This document shows, in pieces, positions 49,149 to 59,047 of a stretch of DNA of 64,000 bases. Below the pieces are notes generated by a model. That model made no database searches and was not told the origin of the DNA. It was given only the letters and a program-made list of their open reading frames with translations. Both the position numbers and the translations under genes were made by a program. This DNA is from Clostridia bacterium (GTDB lineage: Bacteria; Bacillota; Clostridia; Christensenellales; UBA3700), in contig JAIDUT010000065.1 of the NCBI GenBank assembly GCA_029060065.1, positions 5,148 to 69,147 of the forward strand, in the 5' to 3' direction. Positions within the stretch are counted from its first letter, which is position 1, and every line of letters starts with the position of its first letter.

Positions 49149-49484
49149 TTACAGTGCCCAAATACCGAGTGCGACTGCCAATATAATATAGATAATTATG
49201 CAAACGTATACGGTAATTCTAAACCATTTCACTCTGCGTCTTGCGAAATAGTAAGCGCTTAAACAAACTGCGACACTCAAAGCAATAGTTTGAATAAGAT
49301 TGAAAACACCGGCAAGGCTAACGTTTCCTACAGTTATATCCACGTGCTTAAAGATAGCACTGAGAATGGTTATAATTACTGATATTATGATAGCTACGCA
49401 AGAGCAGAAGCCGATAAGGTCGTTCATATTAGCTCTAACAGATTTGTTTTCAACTTTTTGAGCAGTTGATTTCTTTTTTGCCAT
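49149..49484 (-). CDS. Small three-TM membrane protein, unknown function
   Basis: 111 aa. Basic N-terminus followed by three hydrophobic segments. RBS AAAGGAGGA. Confidence 0.5.
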   Translation of the reverse strand: MAKKKSTAQKVENKSVRANMNDLIGFCSCVAIIISVIITILSAIFKHVDITVGNVSLAGVFNLIQTIALSVAVCLSAYYFARRRVKWFRITVYVCIIIYIILAVALGIWAL

Positions 49485-49569
49485 ATCTAAATCCTCCTTT
49501 GGTTTTGTAGTATTGTATCATATATCTATGATAATTTCAACAAATTTGACTATGTTTTTCTAAAAGTAA

Positions 49570-50337
49570 TTAGTCTTCTTCGTTATAGTTGCTGTTTTTA
49601 GGTTCGCCGATATACTCTTTTGGCGATACACCGACAAACTTTTTGAATACTCTTGAAAAGTATAATTGGTCGTTGAAACCGCAACGCTCTGCTATCTCGT
49701 ATATTTTGAGGTTGTTTATATTGCGAGAGAGTAACAACTTTTGCGCGGAATTAATACGCGTTTGGTTGAGGAACTGGAGCGGTGACACGCCCTTTTCCTT
49801 GATAAACTGCCTTCTAATGTAGTCTTTCGACAAGTCGAATTGGCTGTATACGTTGTCGATAGAGAAATTTGCGTCGTAGAAATTCTCTATAATAGCGTTG
49901 GCGATAAGTTCTATATGCTGACTTGTCTGCGACGAGCCGTCGAATTGAGTGATAAACCCTAAAATCAAGTCGGTAAACGACATGATTATATTTGAAGAAC
50001 ATCCCGACATGGCAGAGAAGTGTCTATAGCACATGTCCATTGTGGTATAGAGGTCCTTATGTTGGTTGTCTTTTACAACGATAGCGTTCTTGAAACTCGG
50101 AGTCCAGCCTGCGACGGTCATGTGCACATTTTTGAACCCTGTTTGGGAAGTATTGCTATGCAGTGTGTTGGGCGGAATTACTACTATTTCGTTCACATTG
50201 TATTCGAGCGGTTTAGAATTCTCAAAAGTTATAGTTCCGCTTCCTCCCGTGCAGTAAATCAATTCCCAATAGCTATGTTTGTGTTGTTTTACGTCAAAAG
50301 TCTTGAGATTTTTTCCAATATAGTTGATTGCCGGCAT
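49570..50337 (-). CDS. AraC-family transcriptional regulator (cupin sensor + HTH_18)
   Basis: C-terminal AraC HTH (IAERCGFNDQLYFSRVFKKFVGVSPKEY). Start set at ATG 50337 (RBS AGAGAGGAAAA). The track's upstream ATG sits within a TATAAT box. Divergent from the eda operon. Confidence 0.85.
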   Translation of the reverse strand: MPAINYIGKNLKTFDVKQHKHSYWELIYCTGGSGTITFENSKPLEYNVNEIVVIPPNTLHSNTSQTGFKNVHMTVAGWTPSFKNAIVVKDNQHKDLYTTMDMCYRHFSAMSGCSSNIIMSFTDLILGFITQFDGSSQTSQHIELIANAIIENFYDANFSIDNVYSQFDLSKDYIRRQFIKEKGVSPLQFLNQTRINSAQKLLLSRNINNLKIYEIAERCGFNDQLYFSRVFKKFVGVSPKEYIGEPKNSNYNEED

Positions 50338-50515
50338 TAAGATTTTCCTCTCTAGTCGTATTATATTAAATTCATTATACACTTAAAAACCTATTTTGTC
50401 CATAATTTTGATGTAAAAAGAGTATTGTTTTTTTATTATCCGTAGATTATAATATATTTATAATTGGCAAAATAATGGGATTGCTTAAAAAATCAATCTT
50501 TTTATGAGGTGATAT

Positions 50516-51166
50516 ATGCAAAAATATAACGTGTACAGTGCAATAAAGGAGCAAGGCGTAGTAGTCGTCATCAGAGGTAATGATTTGCAAGAGGCAATCA
50601 AGACCGTCGAGGCTTGCTACAAGGGCGGAATTAAGATAATCGAAGTTACTTTTACCGTTCCCAGAGCAGACGAACTTATTAAGAAGCTCGTTGAGAAATA
50701 TGCAGGTAGCGATATGCTCGTAGGTGCGGGTACAGTGCTTGACCCCGAGACGGCAAGAGTAGCTATGCTTGCAGGAGCTAAGTTTATAGTTTCTCCTTCG
50801 CTCAATATAGACACGATAAAAATGTGTAATAGATACGGCGTACCTGTAATGAGCGGAGTAATGACGCCTTCAGAAGCGCAGACGGCTATGGAATACGGCG
50901 TAGATATACTTAAGCTGTTCCCCGGGGATATTGCAAAGCCGGCAGGACTTAAGGCTCTCAAAGGACCTTTCCCGCACGCTAATATTATGCCAACCGGAGG
51001 CGTAAGCCAAGACAACGTTGAAGAATGGTTCAAGGCGGGCGCGTATGCGGTCGGCGCAGGTTCTTTCCTTACAAAGGACGCTAAGACGGGTGACTTTGAT
51101 AAGGTAGAAAAGACTTGCAGAACTTTCGTTGAGAAAGTGCAATCGATTATCGGAGGTAGAAAGTAA
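50516..51166 (+). CDS. eda: 2-dehydro-3-deoxyphosphogluconate (KDPG) / KHG aldolase
   Basis: GG(I/V)K..EVT, GAGTVL and KLFPG motifs. 216 aa. Confidence 0.9.
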   Translation: MQKYNVYSAIKEQGVVVVIRGNDLQEAIKTVEACYKGGIKIIEVTFTVPRADELIKKLVEKYAGSDMLVGAGTVLDPETARVAMLAGAKFIVSPSLNIDTIKMCNRYGVPVMSGVMTPSEAQTAMEYGVDILKLFPGDIAKPAGLKALKGPFPHANIMPTGGVSQDNVEEWFKAGAYAVGAGSFLTKDAKTGDFDKVEKTCRTFVEKVQSIIGGRK

Positions 51167-52191
51167 TGGCAAAGATAATTACTCTCGGCGAAATAATGAT
51201 GAGATTGCAACCTCAAGGATATCAGCGTATCATGCAAGCTAATTCTTTTGATATAGTATTCGGCGGTGGCGAGGCAAACGTTGCCGTATCCTTGGCTCAA
51301 TACGGCGAAGACGTTGCGTTTGTCACCAAACTTCCCGCAAACGTACTTGGAGATAAGTGTGTAAGAGAACTCAAGGGCTGGGGAGTCGATACTTCCAAAA
51401 TAGTCCGCGGTGGAAATAGAATAGGTATATATTTCTGCGAAAAAGGTTGTTCGCAAAGAAGTAGTAACGTGATTTACGACAGAGCAGGAAGTGCTATCGC
51501 CGAAGTAAGCGAAAATGATTTTGATATAGAAAAAATGCTTGACGGCGCAAAATGGTTGCATTGGACTGGCATTACTCCTGCGATTTCCGACAATATGGCT
51601 GAAGTGACGGCTAAGATACTTAAAGTCGCAAAGCAAAAGGGAATTACTGTATCTTGCGACCTCAATTATCGCAAGAAACTTTGGAGCAAGCAAAAGGCAA
51701 ATCAAGTAATGAGCGAACTTGTCAAATACGTTGACGTACTGATTTCTAACGAGGAGGACAGTAAGGACGTATTCGGCATAGAGGCAGACGGCACGAATAT
51801 AAATGCAGGCGTTATTTCTGCCAAGGGATACGAGAGCATAGGCAAACAGCTTATGGCAAAGTTCCCAAATATTAAGTACGTGGCGTTTACTCTCAGAGAA
51901 TCAATTTCGGCGTCTTGCAACGGCTGGTCGGCAATACTTATGGATGCAAAGCAAGTCTACGCGTCCAAAAAATATATGATTGACATAGTAGACAGAGTAG
52001 GCGGTGGCGACAGTTTCGGCGCAGGTCTTATTTATGGACTTATCAATAATATGGGCGGACAGGAGAGCATAGAGTTTGCTGTATCAGCGTCTTGTCTTAA
52101 GCACACGGTAGAGGGCGATTTCAATATCGCGAGCGTAGACGAAGTCAAAAAACTTGCCGGAGGTGACGGAAGTGGCAGAGTTCAAAGATAG
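51166..52191 (+). CDS. kdgK: 2-dehydro-3-deoxygluconokinase (PfkB family)
   Basis: N-terminal ITLGEIMMRL...GGGEANVAVSLA and C-terminal GGGDSFGAG. TAATG overlap with eda. Confidence 0.9.
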   Translation: MAKIITLGEIMMRLQPQGYQRIMQANSFDIVFGGGEANVAVSLAQYGEDVAFVTKLPANVLGDKCVRELKGWGVDTSKIVRGGNRIGIYFCEKGCSQRSSNVIYDRAGSAIAEVSENDFDIEKMLDGAKWLHWTGITPAISDNMAEVTAKILKVAKQKGITVSCDLNYRKKLWSKQKANQVMSELVKYVDVLISNEEDSKDVFGIEADGTNINAGVISAKGYESIGKQLMAKFPNIKYVAFTLRESISASCNGWSAILMDAKQVYASKKYMIDIVDRVGGGDSFGAGLIYGLINNMGGQESIEFAVSASCLKHTVEGDFNIASVDEVKKLAGGDGSGRVQR

Positions 52192-53560
52192 ACAAGTAAA
52201 TTTGTTATATAGCAAATACGCAAAAAAGTTATACGCAGAAGTAAAAGATTTGCCCATTATCGATTATCACTGTCATCTCTCCCCAAAGGAGATTTACGAG
52301 GATAAGCCTTTTGAAAATATAGGCATTATGTGGCTCGCAGGCGACCATTATAAATGGCGACTGATGAGATGCGCAGGCGTAGACGAGAAGTATATCACAG
52401 GCGACGCGGATTGGTGGGAAAAGTTCTATCAGTTTGCCAAAGTAGCAGGTACGGCGTACGGCAATCCTATTAAGGATTGGTGCGCTTTGGAACTTAATTT
52501 TTTCTTTGGTATCAAGACCCCGCTTAACGAAGCTACGGCTAAGGAGATTTGGGATAAGGCTAACAAAGTTATTTCTTCTCACAAACTCTCGCCTAGAAAA
52601 CTTATTCGTATGTCCAACGTCGAGTATATTGCTACGACCGACGACCCGTGCGACAGCTTGGAATATCACGACTTGATTGCTAAGGAAGGTAAGATAAATG
52701 CAAAAGTCGTTCCGTCGTTTAGAGTGGACAATATCGTGCTTGCAAGGTCGAGCGGATACAGCGAATACATATCCAAACTCGGCAAAGTAAGCGAAGTAAA
52801 TATATGCGATATTTCCTCTCTTAAAGAAGCTATAGTCAAGAGAATGGACTATTTTGTATCTAAAGGTTGCAAGTTCTCGGACGTAGGCGTCGAGGGATTC
52901 CCAACGCGCGTAGCCGACGATAGAGAAGCAGACGATACTTTCAAGAAGTTGATAGCTTACGAAGAAGTGGACGACGAGGCGTACAACGGCTTTTGGGGAT
53001 ATATGTATATATTCTTGGCAAAAGCGTATAAAGACCGCGGAATGGTACAGCAATGGCATCTTGCCGTTACGAGAAACTCCAACTCACTCATGTTTGAGAA
53101 GTTGGGAAGAGATATGGGCTTCGATTGCGTAGGCGACGCATTTGACGTTAAGTACGTAAAAAATATTATTGATATTGCCAATGCTAACAACGCTTTGCCT
53201 AAGACGATAATATATACGCTCAATCCGACGATGTATTATCCGCTTGCAACCATGTGCGGAGCATTTAGAGACGTTGTGCTTGGCATTAGCTGGTGGTTCT
53301 GCGACCATAAGCGCGGTATGTACGAAACTTTGCAGACTTTGACGGAGCTGGGACATATATCGGCGCTAGTTGGAATGTTGACGGACAGCAGGAGTTTCTT
53401 ATCTTATACCCGTCACGATTATTACAGACAGATAGTATGCGATTTCTTAGGTTCTCTTATGGCGGACGAAGACGACGTGTACGCTATAGAAGTAGCAAAA
53501 GATTTATGCTACGGCAATGCAAAAAAACTTGTGGAGGGGAATGATAGCAATGAGTTTTAA
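52172..53560 (+). CDS. uxaC: Glucuronate isomerase
   Basis: [14 protein letters not shown] and the overall UxaC pattern. Start placed at GTG 52172 (RBS GGAGGTG 6 nt upstream). The track's TTG 52154 is also possible. Confidence 0.9.
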   Translation: MAEFKDRQVNLLYSKYAKKLYAEVKDLPIIDYHCHLSPKEIYEDKPFENIGIMWLAGDHYKWRLMRCAGVDEKYITGDADWWEKFYQFAKVAGTAYGNPIKDWCALELNFFFGIKTPLNEATAKEIWDKANKVISSHKLSPRKLIRMSNVEYIATTDDPCDSLEYHDLIAKEGKINAKVVPSFRVDNIVLARSSGYSEYISKLGKVSEVNICDISSLKEAIVKRMDYFVSKGCKFSDVGVEGFPTRVADDREADDTFKKLIAYEEVDDEAYNGFWGYMYIFLAKAYKDRGMVQQWHLAVTRNSNSLMFEKLGRDMGFDCVGDAFDVKYVKNIIDIANANNALPKTIIYTLNPTMYYPLATMCGAFRDVVLGISWWFCDHKRGMYETLQTLTELGHISALVGMLTDSRSFLSYTRHDYYRQIVCDFLGSLMADEDDVYAIEVAKDLCYGNAKKLVEGNDSNEF

Positions 53561-54599
53561 GATGACTTTCCGTTGGTACGGAAACGACGACAAGATTACA
53601 CTTGACAAGATAAGACAGATACCTTGTATGACGGGTATCGTGTCTGCAATCTACGACACGCCGGTAGGTGAAGTGTGGAGCAATGAGTCGATACTTGCGA
53701 TGAAAAAGCAAATCGAGGACGCGGGACTTGAATTTGAAGTTGTGGAGAGCGTGCCTGTTCACGAGGACATAAAGCTCGGCAACGCCAATGCAAAACGCCT
53801 TATCGAGAATTATAAAGAGAACGTAAGACGACTTGGAAAAGCGGGAGTAAAGTGTATATGCTACAACTTTATGCCGGTATTCGACTGGTTGAGAAGCAAT
53901 CTAGCCAAACCGCTAGCCGACGGCTCAAATGCTTTGGCTTACGACCACGAAACGGTATTGAATCTCAATCCTTTGACAAGCGAGTTGTCACTGCCGGGTT
54001 GGGACGCAAGCTATACAAAAGAAGGACTAAAAGAACTGCTCAATCAGTACAAGGATATTGACGAAGAAAAACTTTGGGAGAATATGAGCGTATTCCTTAA
54101 AGAAGTAATACCCGTCGCAGAGGAGAGTGGCGTTAAAATGGCAATTCACCCCGACGACCCACCATGGGGAATATTCGGTTTGCCGAGAGTAATCACTTGC
54201 GAGAAAAATCTTAAGAGATTTTTATCTATCGTAGATTCTCCGTCCAACGGCGTGACGTTCTGTACCGGCTCTTTGGGCGTAGCGCCTAGCAACGACTTGG
54301 TGAGCATGATTCACACTTGCAAGGGCAGAATACCTTTCGTACATTTGAGAAATATCAAAATTACCGGCGACCATTGCTTTGAAGAGAGCGGACACCTCTC
54401 TAGCGAGGGAAGTCTTGATATGCACGCTATAATCAAAGCGTTGTACGAAGACGGCTTTGACGGTTACGTCAGACCTGACCATGGCAGAATGATTTGGGGC
54501 GAAACTGGCAGAGGCGGTTACGGACTCTACGACAGAGCACTCGGCGCAATGTATCTACAAGGCATAATCGAAGCCGTAGAAAAAGAAAACAAAAAATAA
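53550..54599 (+). CDS. uxuA: Mannonate dehydratase
   Basis: M(SFK)MTFRWYG..D...L..IRQIP and HPDDPPW motifs. Start set at ATG 53550 (RBS GGAGGGG). Confidence 0.9.
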   Translation: MSFKMTFRWYGNDDKITLDKIRQIPCMTGIVSAIYDTPVGEVWSNESILAMKKQIEDAGLEFEVVESVPVHEDIKLGNANAKRLIENYKENVRRLGKAGVKCICYNFMPVFDWLRSNLAKPLADGSNALAYDHETVLNLNPLTSELSLPGWDASYTKEGLKELLNQYKDIDEEKLWENMSVFLKEVIPVAEESGVKMAIHPDDPPWGIFGLPRVITCEKNLKRFLSIVDSPSNGVTFCTGSLGVAPSNDLVSMIHTCKGRIPFVHLRNIKITGDHCFEESGHLSSEGSLDMHAIIKALYEDGFDGYVRPDHGRMIWGETGRGGYGLYDRALGAMYLQGIIEAVEKENKK

Positions 54600-54640
54600 T
54601 GATAATATATTGATAAATATAATTATAAAGAGAGGAAAGT

Positions 54641-55465
54641 ATGAAAGATAAAGTTGTTGTTATTACCGGAGCGGGCGGAGTGCTTTGCTCTACAATTGCA
54701 AAAGGCTATGCTAAAGAGGGCGCAAAAGTTGCTCTTCTTGACCTAAAGTTGGAAAGCGCGCAAGCCGTCGCTGACGAAATCGTCAAGGCAGGCGGTGTCG
54801 CTAAGGCTTACGCTGTCAACTGTTTGGAGAAGGCCACTATGGAAGAAGCAAGAGCGCAGATTAAAAAAGATCTTGGCGGTTGCGATATTCTTGTCAATGG
54901 CGCAGGCGGTAACCACCCAAAGGGTACTACTACGAGCGAATATTTTAACCAAGCCGACATTGACGACGAGAGTAAGATTTCTTTCTTCGACCTTGACGAA
55001 AAGGGCGTTGACTTCGTATTCAAACTCAACTTTTTGGCTACGTTCCTCACCACGCAGGTATTTGCAAAAGATATGCTTGGCAAAGGCGGAATAATAATAA
55101 ATATATCGAGTATGAACGCGTTTAGACCGCTCACAAAGATACCTGCATACTCCGGCGCAAAAGCAAGCGTATCCAACTTTACTCAATGGCTTGCGGTTCA
55201 CTTTGCTGGCGAGGGCATAAGAGTAAACGCTATTGCTCCAGGGTTCTTTGTGACGAATCAAAACAGAGCTTTGCTCTTTGACGCGAACGGTAATCCTACG
55301 CCGAGAACCAAGAAGATACTTGCCGGTACTCCGATGAACAGATTTGGCGAAGCAGAAGAGCTTTTGGGTACGGTTATGTGGTTGTCCGACAATGATAAGT
55401 CGGGGTTCGTTACCGGTATTGTCGTGCCTATTGACGGTGGCTTCTCGGCTTACTCTGGGGTTTAG
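54641..55465 (+). CDS. uxuB: SDR-family oxidoreductase, probable D-mannonate/fructuronate oxidoreductase
   Basis: TGAGGVLC Rossmann motif, NGAGG, and a YSGAK catalytic Tyr-x3-Lys. Its position after uxaC-uxuA mirrors SDR-type UxuB of Bacillus. Confidence 0.65.
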   Translation: MKDKVVVITGAGGVLCSTIAKGYAKEGAKVALLDLKLESAQAVADEIVKAGGVAKAYAVNCLEKATMEEARAQIKKDLGGCDILVNGAGGNHPKGTTTSEYFNQADIDDESKISFFDLDEKGVDFVFKLNFLATFLTTQVFAKDMLGKGGIIINISSMNAFRPLTKIPAYSGAKASVSNFTQWLAVHFAGEGIRVNAIAPGFFVTNQNRALLFDANGNPTPRTKKILAGTPMNRFGEAEELLGTVMWLSDNDKSGFVTGIVVPIDGGFSAYSGV

Positions 55466-55473
55466 CCCACAGT

Positions 55474-55496
55474 CGAGAGTTACGCTCGAAATGACA
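55474..55496 (-). repeat. Dispersed small repeat, copy D (inverted orientation)
   Basis: The reverse complement GTCATTTCGAGCGTAACTCTCG shares GTCATTTCGAGCG with copy B. Begins 9 nt after the uxuB stop, inside an intra-operon gap. Confidence 0.5.
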
Positions 55497-55527
55497 AAAA
55501 AACTAAACGTAAAAAGAGGGAAAAATT

Positions 55528-56817
55528 ATGTTGAAAATTGCAGTAATAGGATTAGGTAGCAGAGGTAAAAATTACGGCACGCACTTTGCAAAGCGTGACG
55601 ACGTGCAAATCGTTGCTATCTGCGACAAGTATCAAGCTAAGATTGACAAGGTTAAGACCTTGTGGAAAGTGCCTGACAATATGTGTTTTACTAATGAAGA
55701 TGACTTCTTTGCGCTTGGCAAAGTAGCCGACTGTATGCTCGTCGCTACGCAAGACAGAGATCACTACTCACACGCGATGAAGGCGCTTGAATTGGGATAC
55801 GACTTGCTTGTCGAAAAACCGTTAAGCCCAAATATTAACGAATGCTTAGAGATAGAGGAGTACGCCAGAACTCATGGCAGAAAAGTACTCGTTTGTCACG
55901 TATTGAGATATGCGGGATATTATAGACGTATCAAAGAGATGATTGACACCGGAGTTCTTGGAGAAATTCAGCTTATCAAGCACGACGAGAATATATCATA
56001 TTGGCACTTCTGCCACTCTTACGTAAGAGGAAATTGGAGAAGCGAGGAAGAAACTTCGCCGATGCTACTTGCCAAGTGCTGTCACGACATGGACCTTATG
56101 TATTGGTTCACGGGTAGTAAGTGCAAGAGCCTAAATTCTTACGGCGGACTTAGCTTTTTTAATAAGGAGCATAAGCCTGAGGGCGCGACTAACAACTGTT
56201 TTGACTGTCCGCACAGAATGACCTGTAATTTTGAGGTAGAACATCAATACCTAGGGAGAAAGAAAGGACTTGTCAGAGGTAAAAAGAAATTCCTTTGGGG
56301 TACGTACGCATTCTGTACTTCTTCAAAGAAAAAAGACGTACTTAACGCGTTAAAGACTGACGAAAGAGCTAAGCAGTGGGCTAGATGCGTATTTGCTTGC
56401 GACAACGACGTGGTTGACTGTCAGACTGTCAATATGGAAATGGAAAACGGTATTAAGGTAGTTATGACCGCCAACGCTTTTAATGAGCAAGACCACCGTC
56501 ACACCGAAATTCGCGGAAGCAAGGGCGTACTTATCGCCGATGACAGAGGTAGCGTAATAGTTCTTAAACTCTTTGGTAAAAAACAAAAGAAGATTGTCGT
56601 AAATATCATACCGGTAATTAAAGGACATTATGGCGGAGACCAAGGAATCGTCAAGGCTACGGTAGGCATGTTGACGGGCAATTCCGACCCCAATATGCAA
56701 TACACTTGGATAGAAGATACTATCGAAAGCCATAGAATCGTTACTGCTGCAGAGCTGTCGAGGCATGAGGGCGGTAGGACGGTCAATATGTCTGAGATAC
56801 CGGACATTAGGAAATAA
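55528..56817 (+). CDS. Gfo/Idh/MocA-family oxidoreductase (long, 429-aa form with a Cys-rich insert)
   Basis: N-terminal Rossmann KIAVIGLGSRG, an EKP motif (LLVEKPLS) and the insert CFDCPHRMTC. Confidence 0.8.
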   Translation: MLKIAVIGLGSRGKNYGTHFAKRDDVQIVAICDKYQAKIDKVKTLWKVPDNMCFTNEDDFFALGKVADCMLVATQDRDHYSHAMKALELGYDLLVEKPLSPNINECLEIEEYARTHGRKVLVCHVLRYAGYYRRIKEMIDTGVLGEIQLIKHDENISYWHFCHSYVRGNWRSEEETSPMLLAKCCHDMDLMYWFTGSKCKSLNSYGGLSFFNKEHKPEGATNNCFDCPHRMTCNFEVEHQYLGRKKGLVRGKKKFLWGTYAFCTSSKKKDVLNALKTDERAKQWARCVFACDNDVVDCQTVNMEMENGIKVVMTANAFNEQDHRHTEIRGSKGVLIADDRGSVIVLKLFGKKQKKIVVNIIPVIKGHYGGDQGIVKATVGMLTGNSDPNMQYTWIEDTIESHRIVTAAELSRHEGGRTVNMSEIPDIRK

Positions 56818-56827
56818 GGTAAAAAAT

Positions 56828-56896
56828 AATAGATAAGAGATAAGAAATATTGATAATTTTTATTTATTATCTATTCTATATTATCTTTTATCTATT
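56828..56896. promoter_or_regulatory. AT-rich inverted repeat AATAGATAAGAGATAA / TTATCTTTTATCTATT, plus an extra TTATCTATT copy
   Basis: The arms at 56828-56843 and 56881-56896 are complementary at 15 of 16 positions. A third TTATCTATT sits at 56868-56876. This is the only long gap (106 nt) within the co-directional cluster. Confidence 0.4.
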
Positions 56897-56923
56897 CACA
56901 TTTATTTACTCATATGGAGCCGT

Positions 56924-58411
56924 ATGGAGATATTTACTACCCAACTTCATATTTTGCCAAAGGACGATAAGACGCATGTTCAAGTGAGTTTTGATGTTCC
57001 CGACGGGCTGAAATGTATTACCGTACGCACAGCATACGCGCCTAAATACGAGTACGACGAGTCGTCTTGCATAGAGCTTATTGACAAAGGTCTTGCTACG
57101 CAAGATATTGCGCAAACTTTGACGTATGAGGACAAAAGGCGTTGCGTACCGCTTGCAAATCATATAGCTTGGTCTTTGCATGACGGCGAGAAAAATTTAG
57201 GCACCGAGCATAGGCACGCGCCCGACCAAACGCATATAATAAGTCAAACTTACGCTTCCAATGGATTTGCGTCTACGCCAATCAGGCAAGGTAAGTGGAC
57301 TTTGACGGCAAGTATTAACGGAATTGTCACAAAGTATATAGATATACTTGTAGAAGTCAACGGTTATGAAGAGGATTTAGAATATCCCACTTTTGACGGC
57401 TACGGCGAAGAGTATACGGCTAATGACAGCAAAGACGGGCGTCGCTCTTGGCAGAGAGTAGAAATGCATTGTCATACCGTTGCTTCAGACGGGGATATGC
57501 AACCCAAAGAACTTGTGCAGAACGCCATCAAGCGCGGATATAAAGCCATATGTCTTACCGACCACAACACGACTAGCAACGTTAGCGCGGTTAAGAAATA
57601 CGGAGAGGAGTACGGACTTGTCGTTGCAGGCGGAATAGAGTGGACGACATTTTGGGGACATCTGACGGTGATTGGCGGTAATAGCGACGTGGATTGGAAG
57701 AGCATTACGCCGACAAATATCAATGCAAATATTATAAGAGCTAGACAACTTGGCGACGTGGTAACTCTGGCGCATCCAAAGAGAATAGGTTCTCCGCTGT
57801 GTATGGGATGTCACAACAGATTTAAGATTACTAATTGGGACTATATGACTTCTTACGAGGTGTGGTCGCACTATAATCCCAACGTGTCGCCGGCAAATAA
57901 ATACGCAAAGCAAGAGTGGATAAGTTTGCTTGACAAGGGATATAAGATTTGCGCTTTATACGGCTACGACTGGCACGCGCCTGATGAAGGCGGACCCAGT
58001 TACGCATATACTTATCTCGGTATTGACGGCAAATTGTCGCAAGATAGTATTTGCTCTGCGGTGGAATGCGGTAGAAGCTATATCACAATGGGATATGAAG
58101 TGAATATTAGCCTAACCGACGGCGAGAAAACGTACGGGATAGGCGACGAAGTAAACGTAGGCAGATATACGCTTTGTATAAATGCAAAAAAGTGCAAAGA
58201 TTATCCTTACGACGCAATACTTGAAAAGATAGTTGTCACAGGCAACGTCTGCGAGGAAAAAACGTTCGACTTTAGGGGCAGTGAAATAAAACAGGAAATT
58301 TTTGTAGGGGATAACGGTTATTTGCGAGTGGAAGGAGTAGGCAAAACTCAAGGCGAGTCTGCCGACGTCTTTATTGCAAGTCCGATATATGTCAAGGAGG
58401 TTATGATATGA
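56924..58411 (+). CDS. PHP-domain metallohydrolase (CehA/McbA-like) with a roughly 170-aa N-terminal extra domain
   Basis: HCHTVASDGDM (HxH...D) and LTDHNT, followed by further conserved His and Asp residues. 495 aa. Confidence 0.65.
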   Translation: MEIFTTQLHILPKDDKTHVQVSFDVPDGLKCITVRTAYAPKYEYDESSCIELIDKGLATQDIAQTLTYEDKRRCVPLANHIAWSLHDGEKNLGTEHRHAPDQTHIISQTYASNGFASTPIRQGKWTLTASINGIVTKYIDILVEVNGYEEDLEYPTFDGYGEEYTANDSKDGRRSWQRVEMHCHTVASDGDMQPKELVQNAIKRGYKAICLTDHNTTSNVSAVKKYGEEYGLVVAGGIEWTTFWGHLTVIGGNSDVDWKSITPTNINANIIRARQLGDVVTLAHPKRIGSPLCMGCHNRFKITNWDYMTSYEVWSHYNPNVSPANKYAKQEWISLLDKGYKICALYGYDWHAPDEGGPSYAYTYLGIDGKLSQDSICSAVECGRSYITMGYEVNISLTDGEKTYGIGDEVNVGRYTLCINAKKCKDYPYDAILEKIVVTGNVCEEKTFDFRGSEIKQEIFVGDNGYLRVEGVGKTQGESADVFIASPIYVKEVMI

Positions 58412-59031
58412 TTATTACGGCGCACGGAGGAGCTTTGGGCACGGGAAGGAATACCAAAGCGTATTTTAACAATATTGATAAATACGGCGCGGACGCATTG
58501 GAAGTCGATATATATAAAAGCGGAGATTTGCTATATCTGTCGCATTGGCCGTCGTTTTTCCCCAAGAGGAAATTGACGCTTAGATACGCCTTTGAACATG
58601 TGAAAAAAACCGGAATGTTGATAAATTGCGACCTCAAAATGAAAGGCATTATTCAAGACGTCATAGCGCTTGCTAAAGAAGTGGGAGTACAGGACCAACT
58701 TATATTTACCGGATGCGTAAATATAAACGATAGCGATATCATCGACTGCGGTCAGGCATGGTTTAACTCGGTTGGAATCGAATATACTAAGAACAACGTT
58801 AAGGCAATTAAAGAGAAAATCGATAGTTATAATAACCCGCATTTTGCCGGTCTAAACGTAAATTTTAAGAAAATAGACTTAGATTTTGTGGCAGAATGTA
58901 AAAAATATCAATTAAAATTGAGTGTTTTTCGCATAGATGGTGGAAAAGCGCTTGCAATGTATGGTAAAATAATAGACGGCAATATCACGACTAACCAGCC
59001 CGTCAAGGTAAGGCGATACGTAGAGGGGTGA
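58408..59031 (+). CDS. Glycerophosphodiester phosphodiesterase-like (GDPD-family) protein, atypical
   Basis: ITAHGGALG...RNT...GADALEVDI...LYLSH resembles GDPD motifs HRG...PENT...E.D...H, but the HR is replaced by HG. ATGA overlap with the PHP gene. Confidence 0.5.
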   Translation: MIITAHGGALGTGRNTKAYFNNIDKYGADALEVDIYKSGDLLYLSHWPSFFPKRKLTLRYAFEHVKKTGMLINCDLKMKGIIQDVIALAKEVGVQDQLIFTGCVNINDSDIIDCGQAWFNSVGIEYTKNNVKAIKEKIDSYNNPHFAGLNVNFKKIDLDFVAECKKYQLKLSVFRIDGGKALAMYGKIIDGNITTNQPVKVRRYVEG

Positions 59032-59047
59032 GGTAAAAGGGGGATTT

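Noticed and set aside
50617-51705. A 362-aa ORF on the minus strand spanning eda and kdgK.
   Set aside because: It is entirely antisense to two genes with strong family motifs. Its translation is low-complexity (S/L/I/P-rich), has no RBS and has no recognisable domain. This is a typical shadow ORF opposite highly biased coding sequence.
52229-53059. A 276-aa minus-strand ORF inside uxaC.
   Set aside because: It is antisense to a confidently identified glucuronate isomerase. It has no motifs and no translation signals.
55466-55527. Hairpin CGAGAGTTACGCTCG after uxuB, considered as an operon terminator separating the hexuronate genes from the oxidoreductase cluster.
   Set aside because: No U-tract follows; the downstream sequence is A-rich. 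The element is instead a reverse-oriented copy of the dispersed GTCATTTCGAGCG repeat. Read-through into the next gene therefore remains likely.
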